Below are positions 43,387 through 51,428 of a stretch of 59,809 nt of DNA, piece after piece. A model generated the notes under the pieces. That model saw only the letters and a program-made list of their open reading frames with translations, did not search any database and was not told the origin of the DNA. The stretch's first letter is position 1. Each line of letters starts with the position of its first letter. Both the position numbers and the translations under genes were made by a program. The DNA lies in assembly GCA_964629245.1 (NCBI GenBank), contig CAZVPZ010000001.1, positions 1 to 59,809 of the forward strand. The letters run 5' to 3'. The DNA is from an uncultured archaeon. Lineage in GTDB: Archaea; Nanohalarchaeota; Nanosalinia; Nanosalinales; Nanosalinaceae.

Positions 43387-43673
43387 AGGTCGTTGGGGTC
43401 GGGAGCCCTATCCTTTATATCTCGCTTCTTCTTGTCCTTGATCCTGTAAACGTTTACCGAGCGCTCGCACTCGTCACATTCGATCCACCACGGTCGCTGG
43501 CCGAGTTCTTCCGTTCCCTCGGTGGTCTCGCCGCAGTAGGGACAGGTCATCTGGTAGTGGTACTTCTCCATGTCGTAGGAGAACATCTTCAGGCGGCCTT
43601 CTTTCTCTCCCTCGTCGTTTTCAAGTTCCCTGTTCGTGACGTATTCCGCCCGGTCAAAGTCGATCTCTTTCAT
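43383..43673 (-). CDS. Zn-ribbon hypothetical protein
   Basis: CPYCG...CDEC. The ATG at 43673 is used because the track N-terminus overlaps the next gene. Confidence 0.55.
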   Translation of the reverse strand: MKEIDFDRAEYVTNRELENDEGEKEGRLKMFSYDMEKYHYQMTCPYCGETTEGTEELGQRPWWIECDECERSVNVYRIKDKKKRDIKDRAPDPNDL

Positions 43674-43708
43674 ACTATCATAGTTTTCAGGGGTCAGGTT
43701 TAAGTTTT

Positions 43709-44188
43709 TCAGGTCAGCATCTCGCGGTAAATCGTCTCGACTTTTTCCTCCGGTACCTCGACCTCGATTTTCGCCAGTCCTTCCGCCTCGAACGTCGCCT
43801 TTTCTATCTCCAGGAAGTCTTTTGGCGAGGAGAACTTGAGGTGTTTGATATCGGGGTTGTACTTCTTGAGCTGTCGCAGGTCCCACTCACGGGAGGTGTC
43901 GAGTATCCTGAGGTCGTAGCCCTCCACTGTCGCGAGCAGGGCGGTGACCGCATCCTTCCTGGTTTCCAGCCTGGCGTAGGCCTGCTCCTGGACAGGGTGT
44001 CCTTTGAGGCCGGGGTGTTCTTTCCCCTCGTAGCTGTAGCTCTCGATGCCGGGAACCTTTGAAAGAAGTTCCGGGTTCTCTGTCTCGACCGTTATCAGGT
44101 CTCCCTCCCTCCTGACGCTTTCCACCCTTTCCTCCAGGTTTTCCGCAAGTTTCTCCCGGTCTCCCGAGGCTTTTACCTCGACCTTCAT
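43709..44188 (-). CDS. Hypothetical protein; N-terminus weakly resembles the ThiI-type ferredoxin-like domain
   Basis: 159 aa. ...ITVETENPELLSKVPGIESYS resembles the NFLD of THUMP proteins. Weak. Confidence 0.55.
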   Translation of the reverse strand: MKVEVKASGDREKLAENLEERVESVRREGDLITVETENPELLSKVPGIESYSYEGKEHPGLKGHPVQEQAYARLETRKDAVTALLATVEGYDLRILDTSREWDLRQLKKYNPDIKHLKFSSPKDFLEIEKATFEAEGLAKIEVEVPEEKVETIYREMLT

Positions 44189-44249
44189 CCGTTGAAACCA
44201 TTGGGTGGCGAAAGCTTTTATTTCAGGTTTCTACAACCCTTTACTACAG

Positions 44250-44564
44250 ATGGCACTTTTCGACAGGGATGATGAGGACCCTGAAGAGGTCCGGATAAGA
44301 CAGCCCGAGGAAGAGGAGTCTAGTGAGGGAAAGCTGAAGCAGGAGGCAGAGGCAAGACTGACGGACAGACAGGAAGAGAAAAAGGAAAAGGAGTCGTCGA
44401 GTTCTCCGGGCATCGGGAGCTCGCTACCGGGAATGAGCTCGGGAAGTAGCGGTAGCGGCGTGGAACTTCAGGATATATATGACCAGAACGAGAAGATAAT
44501 AGGACTGCTGGAGGACATAAGGTCGGAACTTGATACCGGAGGTGGCGGAAATCAGCTATTATGA
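44250..44564 (+). CDS. Small acidic coiled-coil protein A
   Basis: Starts at ATG 44250 (MALFDRDDEDPEE). The C-terminus is LQDIYDQNEKIIGLLEDIRSEL. Confidence 0.6.
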   Translation: MALFDRDDEDPEEVRIRQPEEEESSEGKLKQEAEARLTDRQEEKKEKESSSSPGIGSSLPGMSSGSSGSGVELQDIYDQNEKIIGLLEDIRSELDTGGGGNQLL

Positions 44565-44568
44565 TAAC

Positions 44569-44886
44569 GTGAAGGATGACGTGAAGGACCAGAACACAGG
44601 TGAAAAGGCGAATTTCGATGCTCTCCGGAAGGCCGCCGAGGAATCGTCTGAGGACGACAAAGAGGGCGATGATACCGAGATAGAGGTACTTGAGGACGGT
44701 CTGAAAAGGGCGCGTGAAAAGGTCGAGGATTCCCAGCAGCCGTCACTAGGCGAGGGTCAAGAGTCCCGGCAGTCCACGGAATCGGGCGCGGCAGGTGCAG
44801 GTCCAGCTGCTCTGGAGCAGAAGCTGGACAGGATTATAGAGCAGAACGAGCGTATGATAGATATCCTTGAGAGCTTCCGGGGTTAG
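44569..44886 (+). CDS. Small acidic coiled-coil protein B (tandem paralog)
   Basis: The GTG at 44569 lies just after the upstream stop. The C-terminus is LEQKLDRIIEQNERMIDILESF. Confidence 0.55.
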   Translation: MKDDVKDQNTGEKANFDALRKAAEESSEDDKEGDDTEIEVLEDGLKRAREKVEDSQQPSLGEGQESRQSTESGAAGAGPAALEQKLDRIIEQNERMIDILESFRG

Positions 44887-44914
44887 CTCTTCCACTGTTT
44901 TGTTCTGAGCGTTT

Positions 44915-45190
44915 CTAGACCACTTCGACAGCTATCTTTCTCCTTCCCTCGTCGGTGGTCTCCATCTCTTCCTTCAGCTTGATTTCCAGCTTCAGCTGCT
45001 TGGAGGTGTTGCCCTCGAAGAACTCGAGTTCGACCGTGTTGTCCCTCGTTGGTTCGATTTCCACTTCTTCGCGGCCCTTGAAGCTGAGGCCTACGTCTCC
45101 CTCCCGTATCTTCTCCGAGAAGCTTTGAAGGAAGTTTGCCAGTTCCTCGTTCGAGAATTCAAAGTCGAGATCAACTTCTTCCGTTGCCAT
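44915..45190 (-). CDS. amphi-Trp-domain-like small protein
   Basis: 91 aa with an ...EELANFLQSFSEKIREG... pattern, then an alternating beta segment. Confidence 0.55.
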   Translation of the reverse strand: MATEEVDLDFEFSNEELANFLQSFSEKIREGDVGLSFKGREEVEIEPTRDNTVELEFFEGNTSKQLKLEIKLKEEMETTDEGRRKIAVEVV

Positions 45191-45224
45191 TGTTTAATGG
45201 TTGGTCTGAAATGTTTTATTTGTT

Positions 45225-45509
45225 TTATTCCTCGTCACCGGACTCCTCTTCCTCTTCCCGCTCTTTTTCGAGCTTCATGGAGATGAAGTGATCCTTCTCC
45301 TCAAGTTCCCTGATGGATTCGATGGCGAAGAAGTAGGCTGTCGCCACCATTATCATGCCAAGGAATCCCGGGCTGAGGTCGACCATGTCGACGAGGGGCA
45401 GAAGGGTTGAAAGCACAAGAAAGAGGCCCAGAACCAGTAGCGTGAATGATACCGCGACCTCTTGTTCGACTGTAAGCTTCTTGAATCCGAACCTGTCTTT
45501 TTCTGCCAT
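45225..45509 (-). CDS. Small 2-TM membrane protein with acidic tail
   Basis: Two hydrophobic helices and a C-terminal EEEEESGDEE. Confidence 0.6.
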   Translation of the reverse strand: MAEKDRFGFKKLTVEQEVAVSFTLLVLGLFLVLSTLLPLVDMVDLSPGFLGMIMVATAYFFAIESIRELEEKDHFISMKLEKEREEEEESGDEE

Positions 45510-45510
45510 C

Positions 45511-45885
45511 TTAATCGAGCTCCTTTGGGTCTAGCTGGGCGGTTTCAGGGTTGAAGGCGGATGGGAGGTGTATGTGGTAGGTTCCCTCCCGCTTCTGTAT
45601 CACGAGCGGTATCTCCTTCAGCAGTCTCGAGACGTTTATGTTGTAGACGCCTTCTTCCTGCACCCTTATAGAGTCTAAATCGAACTCGAATTTAATGTTT
45701 TCCCTTTCATCCACGCCTTCTACTATCATCTCTTCCATCTTCGAGGTGACTTCTTCCTGCTCCTCTTCCGTCATCTCGTCGTCCTTCTCGTACATGAAGA
45801 GTGAGGAGCCGCACTCACAGCCCTCGATGAGTTCCTCTGAGTCGTCTTCGTAGACCTTTCCGCAGTTCATACACCTGTGTGGCAT
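45511..45885 (-). CDS. Zn-ribbon protein of the GTPase/DUF2073 operon
   Basis: MPHRCMNCGKVYEDDSEELIEGCECGS. Confidence 0.7.
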   Translation of the reverse strand: MPHRCMNCGKVYEDDSEELIEGCECGSSLFMYEKDDEMTEEEQEEVTSKMEEMIVEGVDERENIKFEFDLDSIRVQEEGVYNINVSRLLKEIPLVIQKREGTYHIHLPSAFNPETAQLDPKELD

Positions 45886-45892
45886 AGCTGAA

Positions 45893-46291
45893 TCACTTCT
45901 TTTTCCCGTTGTCTTCTTCCAGTTTTGCGAGGAACGATACAGAGTCGCGCTCCTCCTTTATCTTCTCCATCACCCGTGAGTTGCCGACTATAGTCAGACC
46001 GCGCCTATACTGTTCGTTGAGGAACTTGTTGTAGAGGAAGCTCTTCGCCTTCTGGAAACGCGTGGAACCAGCGTCGAAACCCATGAACTCCACTCCTGGG
46101 AAGTCCTCGTCGACCTCATCAACAGCTGTCTCGATGAGTTCGCGCTTCTCCTCCGGGGTCCAGGCTTCCTCGAGCACTAGAACGGCGTTGTCCTTCACCT
46201 TTTCCAGCACGAGGTCGAGTTTATCCGCGAACTCGTTTTCAGCCAGCTTTTCCCTGGAAAGAAACTCTATAGTGACCCCGTCATCTGTCAT
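45893..46291 (-). CDS. DUF2073-like protein
   Basis: 132 aa, abutting the GTPase stop with a 0-nt gap. The family assignment is from memory. Confidence 0.6.
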   Translation of the reverse strand: MTDDGVTIEFLSREKLAENEFADKLDLVLEKVKDNAVLVLEEAWTPEEKRELIETAVDEVDEDFPGVEFMGFDAGSTRFQKAKSFLYNKFLNEQYRRGLTIVGNSRVMEKIKEERDSVSFLAKLEEDNGKKK

Positions 46292-46927
46292 CTAGGTTAA
46301 CCTTGCGACTATTTCCTCATAAAGTTTGTCAATGTTTTCACCCTCTTTCGCACTGATCTCGATAACAGGGTGCTGAGGGAAGGCGTCCCGAACTCTCGAG
46401 GGATCGGAGTCTTCGAGGTCTATCTTGTTCGCCACGACGAGGATAGGGATATCCTTGGCCTCCAGGTTGCCGATTATGGTGACGTTTACCTGAGTGTACG
46501 GATCTTCCGTCGAGTCGAAGATAACAAGGCAGGCATCGACATCGTCAAGATACTTGATAGCCTCCACTATACCCTTCGTGGCCTCTTTCGCTCTTCCCTT
46601 GGCGTCCTCTTCCTCGAGCCCGTGCTCTGTGAAGTCCTTGAAGTCGACGTTTGTAGAAATCCCTGGCATGTCGAGGAGGTTGAGTTCAAGTTCCTTGCCG
46701 TTCGCGTCCAGAGTGACGCGCTCCTTCTTCTCGACCATCCGGGTCTCGTGCGGTATCTCGGATACTTCGCTCATCTCATCTCCTGTAAGGTCCAGTGCTA
46801 TCTGGTTCGCAAGCGTTGATTTACCCGCGTTTGGAGGCCCGTAAATCCCTATGCTTTTGCTTCCCGTTTCTGAACTACCGAAGAGGTCGCTGAAGAGTTT
46901 CTTCAACCTGCCTATCAATTTTGACAC
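46292..46927 (-). CDS. Small Era/Arf-like GTPase
   Basis: G1 GPPNAGKST, G3 DMPG, G4 NKID. GTG start. Confidence 0.85.
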   Translation of the reverse strand: MSKLIGRLKKLFSDLFGSSETGSKSIGIYGPPNAGKSTLANQIALDLTGDEMSEVSEIPHETRMVEKKERVTLDANGKELELNLLDMPGISTNVDFKDFTEHGLEEEDAKGRAKEATKGIVEAIKYLDDVDACLVIFDSTEDPYTQVNVTIIGNLEAKDIPILVVANKIDLEDSDPSRVRDAFPQHPVIEISAKEGENIDKLYEEIVARLT

Positions 46928-47014
46928 CAGTCAATAATAAAAGCGGCTCACAGATATAAAAACCATTTCCCGGGATGGAACAGAATTAAAGCCTCGGGGT
47001 GGCCAACGCTAAAC

Positions 47015-47449
47015 ATGAAGACGGAAAAAGGGGTTATAGCGGTAGTCTACAAGGAGTCAGGTCTCAGCAATCGCTACCTGGTTCTACACCGGATAAAGAA
47101 CTGGGAGGGGTGGGAACTTCTGAAAGGCCATCTGGAGGACGGGAATTATGAGGAGACCGTCCGCATAGAGCTGGAGGAGGAAGCTGGCATCTCCCCGGGT
47201 GATATAGAGGATATAGAAGAGATGGGTGAAGAGGTCAGCTGGGAGTACGAGCGCGACGGTGAGGAGCGAAGTAAGCAGTACAGGGCCTACCGGGTGAAGG
47301 TTGGTAGCGATGTGACCGCAGATGTCTCCGATAACCCGCATGATGAACACGACCAGGCTTTTTTCCTCGGATTCAAGGACGCGAGAACACTTCTCCACTA
47401 CGACGACAACGTCGAGCTGCTTGAGGAAGCGGAGTCCCGCACCGGATGA
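47015..47449 (+). CDS. NUDIX hydrolase
   Basis: GHLEDGNYEETVRIELEEEAGI. Confidence 0.85.
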   Translation: MKTEKGVIAVVYKESGLSNRYLVLHRIKNWEGWELLKGHLEDGNYEETVRIELEEEAGISPGDIEDIEEMGEEVSWEYERDGEERSKQYRAYRVKVGSDVTADVSDNPHDEHDQAFFLGFKDARTLLHYDDNVELLEEAESRTG

Positions 47450-47486
47450 ACCGATTTAAAACTTGGAGGATATTTTGGTTCGTAGG

Positions 47487-47738
47487 ATGACAGAACCAGA
47501 ACAGATGCTGGAACTTTACCAGTTCGAGGGCTGTCCCTTCTGCTCGAAAGTTCGCCAGAAACTGACTGACCTGGAGATAGATTTCATCGCCCGCCAGGTA
47601 GGGCCGAAGGGCCACCGTGAACGCGTCGAGGGGGTATCTGGCCAGACGGGTGTACCGGTCCTTGTGGATCCCAATACAGACATCGTGATGCCGGAGAGCG
47701 ACGACATCGTCGAATACCTGGAAGAGCAGTACGGCTAG
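47487..47738 (+). CDS. Glutaredoxin / GST-N-terminal-like protein
   Basis: LELYQFEGCPFCSKVRQKL and GVPVLVD. The ATG at 47487 follows an AGGA. Confidence 0.8.
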   Translation: MTEPEQMLELYQFEGCPFCSKVRQKLTDLEIDFIARQVGPKGHRERVEGVSGQTGVPVLVDPNTDIVMPESDDIVEYLEEQYG

Positions 47739-48064
47739 AGGTTACCCGAAAGATAGTGGTAGAGTTCTTCCTCAGTATATTTTTCTTCGAGAGGGCCCTG
47801 CTCAAGTCTGCCATCCGCGTTCAGAAATAGACTCATTCCCCAACTGGCGTTTGCTTCCTCTCCCCCGATATCATAGTATTCTACCAATGCCTCAATGAAA
47901 TCTTGGCTGGCTGACACGCGATTGCCCTTCCTTCCATTGGGTAAATTAGCGGCCTTATAGAAATCTTCGTAAGCCTCATAAACCTCCTTAAAATCTTCAT
48001 CAGGGCTGCTACACCACGGCCATTCGATATCAGGTAACCATGTGTTCAGCCTCATGATTAACAA
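47735..48064 (-). CDS. Hypothetical protein on lower-GC DNA next to tRNA-Ile
   Basis: 109 aa with no recognised motif. Sampled lines gave 35-52% GC. Confidence 0.5.
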   Translation of the reverse strand: MLIMRLNTWLPDIEWPWCSSPDEDFKEVYEAYEDFYKAANLPNGRKGNRVSASQDFIEALVEYYDIGGEEANASWGMSLFLNADGRLEQGPLEEKYTEEELYHYLSGNL

Positions 48065-48149
48065 GAAACAGGAGAACTTTTTTAGTTTAATTAGTTATTT
48101 GTCGATAACAACGTGAGCCTGGTTTGTCAGCAGGATAGGAAATAGGCGA

Positions 48150-48299
48150 TGGACCGGCCCGGATTTGAACCGGGGATCTCCACGTATCCAAGTTCGGGGG
48201 ACTGATTTCCGGAAGCCATGCATACCATGGCTTGACGCGTGCTAACTCCGCGTCAGGAGTTATCAGCGTGGCGCTCTAACCTGGCTAAGCTACCGGTCC
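48150..48299 (-). tRNA. tRNA-Ile(GAU) with a 75-nt intron at 37/38
   Basis: GGACCGG-UA-GCUU..GAGC-G-CCACG-CUGAUA[intron]A-CGUGG-AGAUC-CCCGG-UUCAAAU-CCGGG-CCGGUCC-A. Confidence 0.85.
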
Positions 48300-48405
48300 C
48301 AGTTTTGAACGGGGCGCTGGCACGTAACCCAGTTTGGGGGTGAAAGTATTTTTAATCCCTCTGTCTCCGATTTCTTTTTCAACGACCTCAACGGAACATC
48401 TCTTT

Positions 48406-48891
48406 ATGGGAATAACTGGGGAGCACCGCGAGGACGTTGAAGAGGTCCAGGAATCCCTTGAGAGGAAGGTCATGGGTGAGAGCTTCCTTGACGTGAAGAG
48501 CGCCCTGGACAATGTACTGCCTTTCATGCTGCTTTTGCTCGGGTTCATAATACTGTTCAACTTCCTCCTCCCGGTAACACCCAGGATGGAGCAGTGGATA
48601 GTCTACGGCAACTGGGTTGTCCTGATTTACTTCGCTATCCGGGTCGGGGTCGAGTTCAAGCTCGCGAGTTCGGACCGCGAGTTCGTGCGCCAGCACTGGC
48701 TCGACCTGCTGATGCTGGTACCTGTCTTCTCCCTCTTCCGCGAGGTCAGGATGGCCCGGGCGCTCGAACAGGTTGGGCTTCTTTCAGCATCAGAGGACAT
48801 CATGACGGGTTCTGCTACTTTCCGCAGTACTGGTCTGGCGGCCAGGCTCACCAAGATATCCCGGATGATAAAGAGGAGTGTCGGGTTCTGA
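48406..48891 (+). CDS. Voltage-sensor-domain-like membrane protein lacking a pore domain
   Basis: Three hydrophobic helices, HWLDLLMLVPVF (S3-like), then a basic periodic segment RSTGLAARLTKISRMIKR. The ORF ends there. Confidence 0.5.
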   Translation: MGITGEHREDVEEVQESLERKVMGESFLDVKSALDNVLPFMLLLLGFIILFNFLLPVTPRMEQWIVYGNWVVLIYFAIRVGVEFKLASSDREFVRQHWLDLLMLVPVFSLFREVRMARALEQVGLLSASEDIMTGSATFRSTGLAARLTKISRMIKRSVGF

Positions 48892-48950
48892 TCGGAGCTA
48901 ATTGCTGGAAGCAGGAACTGGATTTTCTGGGGATTAAACTGGTAGCAGTT

Positions 48951-49024
48951 TGGGCCCGACGGGATTTGAACCCGCGACTCTCGGCTTAAAAGGCCGATGC
49001 TCTGCCAGACTGAGCTACGGGCCC
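48951..49024 (-). tRNA. tRNA-Lys(UUU)
   Basis: GGGCCCG-UA-GCUC..GAGC-A-UCGGC-CUUUUAA-GCCGA-GAGUC-GCGGG-UUCAAAU-CCCGU-CGGGCCC-A. Confidence 0.92.
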
Positions 49025-49097
49025 CGGTCTCGATGTGATATAATAGTCGAGTTTAGAAGTTAGGCTTATCAAACTGTCAGCGAGGTTGAGTTTCGAA

Positions 49098-49649
49098 TTA
49101 GTGTTCTTTCTCGCGATAAGTCCACGATCCAGCTTCATCCCTCATCTCGTAGATCAGCCCTATTTCCTGTCCAATAGTAACTAGCCAGCGGTAATCACTT
49201 CCTTCTTCCTGCCAGCCATCGACGAAATCGAATCCAGATTCTTGCAGAGCTTCCCTGTGCTCTTGGATGTATCTATCGTTCTTGAGGACCAGCTGTCCTC
49301 CGACCTGATCTTGGTTTATATCGTGGTAAACCTCTTCCATCTCAGGCACGGGAGGATTCGCTCCTTCCGGTATCTCCAGGACCACAGGGATGCCGTATTC
49401 CCGGGTCAGTTTATCGATTTTTTCGTCCCTGGCAGCCACCGCCCCAAAGATAGCTCTTCCCAGCAAATCGTAATTCCCGACAGAAACCAGCTGTGATTCT
49501 GGATTAGCTTCTATTTCGGTCCGCAATCTCTCGGCTGCCTTCTCCCGGGTCAATTTCTGGGAATTATCTATATGTGGTGATTCTTCCAGCTCTTCATCTG
49601 TGACATCGCCGCTTGCAACACTTTTCAGAAGCTGATCAACATCTTCCAC
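49098..49649 (-). CDS. Hypothetical acidic protein
   Basis: 183 aa with no motif recognised. Confidence 0.55.
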   Translation of the reverse strand: MEDVDQLLKSVASGDVTDEELEESPHIDNSQKLTREKAAERLRTEIEANPESQLVSVGNYDLLGRAIFGAVAARDEKIDKLTREYGIPVVLEIPEGANPPVPEMEEVYHDINQDQVGGQLVLKNDRYIQEHREALQESGFDFVDGWQEEGSDYRWLVTIGQEIGLIYEMRDEAGSWTYREKEH

Positions 49650-49674
49650 GAGACCTGTAGGGATTCAAAAATAT

Positions 49675-49836
49675 TTATTCCTTCCGGGGCTTGGCCGTGT
49701 TGAAATCGTTCCGTTTCGAGGTCTTGCCGAAACCGCAGGAGGCACATACCTTCTTCCTCAGGTGGAAGGCTTTCTTGCCGCATCTCCTGCACTTGCCGTG
49801 GGTCTTCTTGTTCCTTTTCCCCTTGTTGAGCCCCAT
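49675..49836 (-). CDS. rpl37e: Ribosomal protein L37e
   Basis: Not in the track (53 aa). [53 protein letters not shown]. It lies downstream of LSm, as in many archaea. Confidence 0.9.
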   Translation of the reverse strand: MGLNKGKRNKKTHGKCRRCGKKAFHLRKKVCASCGFGKTSKRNDFNTAKPRKE

Positions 49837-49873
49837 GTTCTGTCACCTGCGTTCGCGGTCCTGATAAACTGGT

Positions 49874-50107
49874 CTACTCCGGGCTTACCACTATGACGTT
49901 GTCCCCTCGGACAAGAAGCTTGCCGTAGTCGGTCATACTGTCGTCGTTCTTCACCGAGGCGTCTTCCAGCCACATGTTGAGGTGGAGGTCGAAAGCCTTG
50001 AGCCTACCTGTAACCGTAGAACCGTTTTTGAGTTTGGCGATCACTCGATCTTCCTTTGCTTTATCCAGTACGTCTAGTGGTCTTTTGCCTTGAGAGTCGT
50101 CTCCCAT
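49874..50107 (-). CDS. Sm-like archaeal protein (LSm/SmAP)
   Basis: Sm1 (VIAKLKNGSTVTGRLKAFDLHLNMWL) and Sm2 (LLVRGDNVIVV). Confidence 0.9.
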   Translation of the reverse strand: MGDDSQGKRPLDVLDKAKEDRVIAKLKNGSTVTGRLKAFDLHLNMWLEDASVKNDDSMTDYGKLLVRGDNVIVVSPE

Positions 50108-50247
50108 AATTCAGGACACCTGTATCCCTGCAATGCAGGTACAAGATATTTAAACCTACTGAGTTTCCGCTTTGCAGCGGTCTCATAGCCACTTCTAGGA
50201 ACCGGCGCGGCAACCATATTTAAAAGTTCGACTCCGGTTGAAACTGT

Positions 50248-50625
50248 ATGGCAGTCTGGCACGAAAGGTCGCTCAGGAAGAAGACCGGTGGAAGGACGCG
50301 GCCCTACCGGAAGTCCAGGAAATACGATCTCGGTTCGAAGTTCTCCGAGACCGAGGTGGGAGAACACCGGATTGAGAATAGACGTACCCGGGGTGGCAAC
50401 CAGAAGAATGTCGTGAAGAGAGCGGAAGAAGTCAACCTCTCGGTAAACGGCGATGTCAAGAGGACAGAGATAGAGTCGGTGGAAGACAACCCGGCTAATC
50501 CCAACTACATCCGCCGGTCGCTCCTAACCAGGGGGGCGGTCATATCCACTCCTGAGGGAGAGGCTGTGATAACCTCGCGGCCCGGTCAGGACGGCGTTGT
50601 CAACGCGAAGCTAGTGGACAAATAG
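50248..50625 (+). CDS. rps8e: Ribosomal protein S8e
   Basis: MAVWHERSLRKKTGGR...; 125 aa. TATA ATATTTAAAAG lies about 21 nt upstream of the ATG. Confidence 0.9.
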   Translation: MAVWHERSLRKKTGGRTRPYRKSRKYDLGSKFSETEVGEHRIENRRTRGGNQKNVVKRAEEVNLSVNGDVKRTEIESVEDNPANPNYIRRSLLTRGAVISTPEGEAVITSRPGQDGVVNAKLVDK

Positions 50626-50655
50626 GTTTTTACTTCTGGAGCACAAAAACCCTTT

Positions 50656-51102
50656 ATGGTCTACGAGAACCCCGAAAAAGATGCGCTGTACACTATCTTC
50701 GACGGCGACGTGGCTGAACTAGCGGACCGCCTCACCTCTTTCTGTAACAGCATCTACGGCGAGAAGTGCGAGTTCTACACGGTTTCAATCGAGAGGAACA
50801 GGGATGGCGGGTCCTGGAAACTCCACGAATTCCCGAATTTCGATGGGAGAGCTGTAAAAGCCATCAAGAACCATCTCAGCGCGAGGAGGGACCAGGTCAG
50901 GGTGCAGCTGGGTGGCGAGGATGAAGATTACCGGCTGGAGTTCCTAGTCTGCCCTGCACGGAACACAGAAAGCCTTGCAAGGTACGTTGAGAGGGAACAC
51001 CAGGAAGAGTTCGACCAAGACGCGCTCGTGGTGCTGGCAGTCCTAAGGTCGGGAGAGGGTTTCGAGGAACAGAGAGAGTTCATGGAGAATATAGAGAAAT
51101 AA
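50656..51102 (+). CDS. Hypothetical protein
   Basis: 148 aa with no motif recognised. Confidence 0.55.
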   Translation: MVYENPEKDALYTIFDGDVAELADRLTSFCNSIYGEKCEFYTVSIERNRDGGSWKLHEFPNFDGRAVKAIKNHLSARRDQVRVQLGGEDEDYRLEFLVCPARNTESLARYVEREHQEEFDQDALVVLAVLRSGEGFEEQREFMENIEK

Positions 51103-51119
51103 AAAGGGGGAAACGCCGA

Positions 51120-51245
51120 TCACTCCACGAGCCGCCTGAAAGCGCTCAAGAACGCTCGTGAAACTCTAAACGGCAGAAAAGAACGCCTTGGCTCGAACTC
51201 CACTGGGATCTGGTGGCCAGCGTCGTCCGCAAAGTCGGTGTCCAT
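51120..51245 (-). CDS. Possible 41-aa ORF
   Basis: MDTDFADDAGHQIPVEFEPRRSFLPFRVSRAFLSAFRRLVE, preceded by AGGGGAG. It competes with the origin interpretation. Confidence 0.2.
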   Translation of the reverse strand: MDTDFADDAGHQIPVEFEPRRSFLPFRVSRAFLSAFRRLVE

Positions 51246-51399
51246 CAAGTAACACTCCCCTTAGGAAATCTTTTATACCCCTTCATTTAAACGTCTGTTG
51301 ATTTGGCGTAGAACAGCCATAGCCGTGCTCTCAGGGTTCTTTTCGGCAACGGATGCCTCTTGCAGAGCCTGTCTCTCCCGCCACGGAAGCAGGTGGAGT
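51122..51399. other. Candidate replication-origin-like region next to orc1/cdc6
   Basis: ACTCCAC heptamer at 51122 and 51197 (plus strand) and inverted at 51393-51399. The 51197 copy reads CTCCACTGGGA, which is ORB-core-like. An AT-rich stretch (about 51255-51300) lies between the opposed copies. Confidence 0.3.
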
Positions 51400-51428
51400 T
51401 TTCCCTCGTACCTGTCAATCATCGACAT
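51273..51428 (-). CDS. Possible 51-aa ORF (leaderless-type promoter spacing)
   Basis: MSMIDRYEGKLHLLPWRERQALQEASVAEKNPESTAMAVLRQINRRLNEGV. TTTATAAA lies 23 nt upstream of the ATG. Confidence 0.3.
   Translation of the reverse strand: MSMIDRYEGKLHLLPWRERQALQEASVAEKNPESTAMAVLRQINRRLNEGV

Noticed and set aside
50108-50247. Possible small RNA between the LSm and S8e genes (two short hairpins, a CUGA)
   Set aside because: Two outward-facing TATA boxes with appropriate spacing to each start codon fully explain the region. There is no C box or other RNA-family signature.
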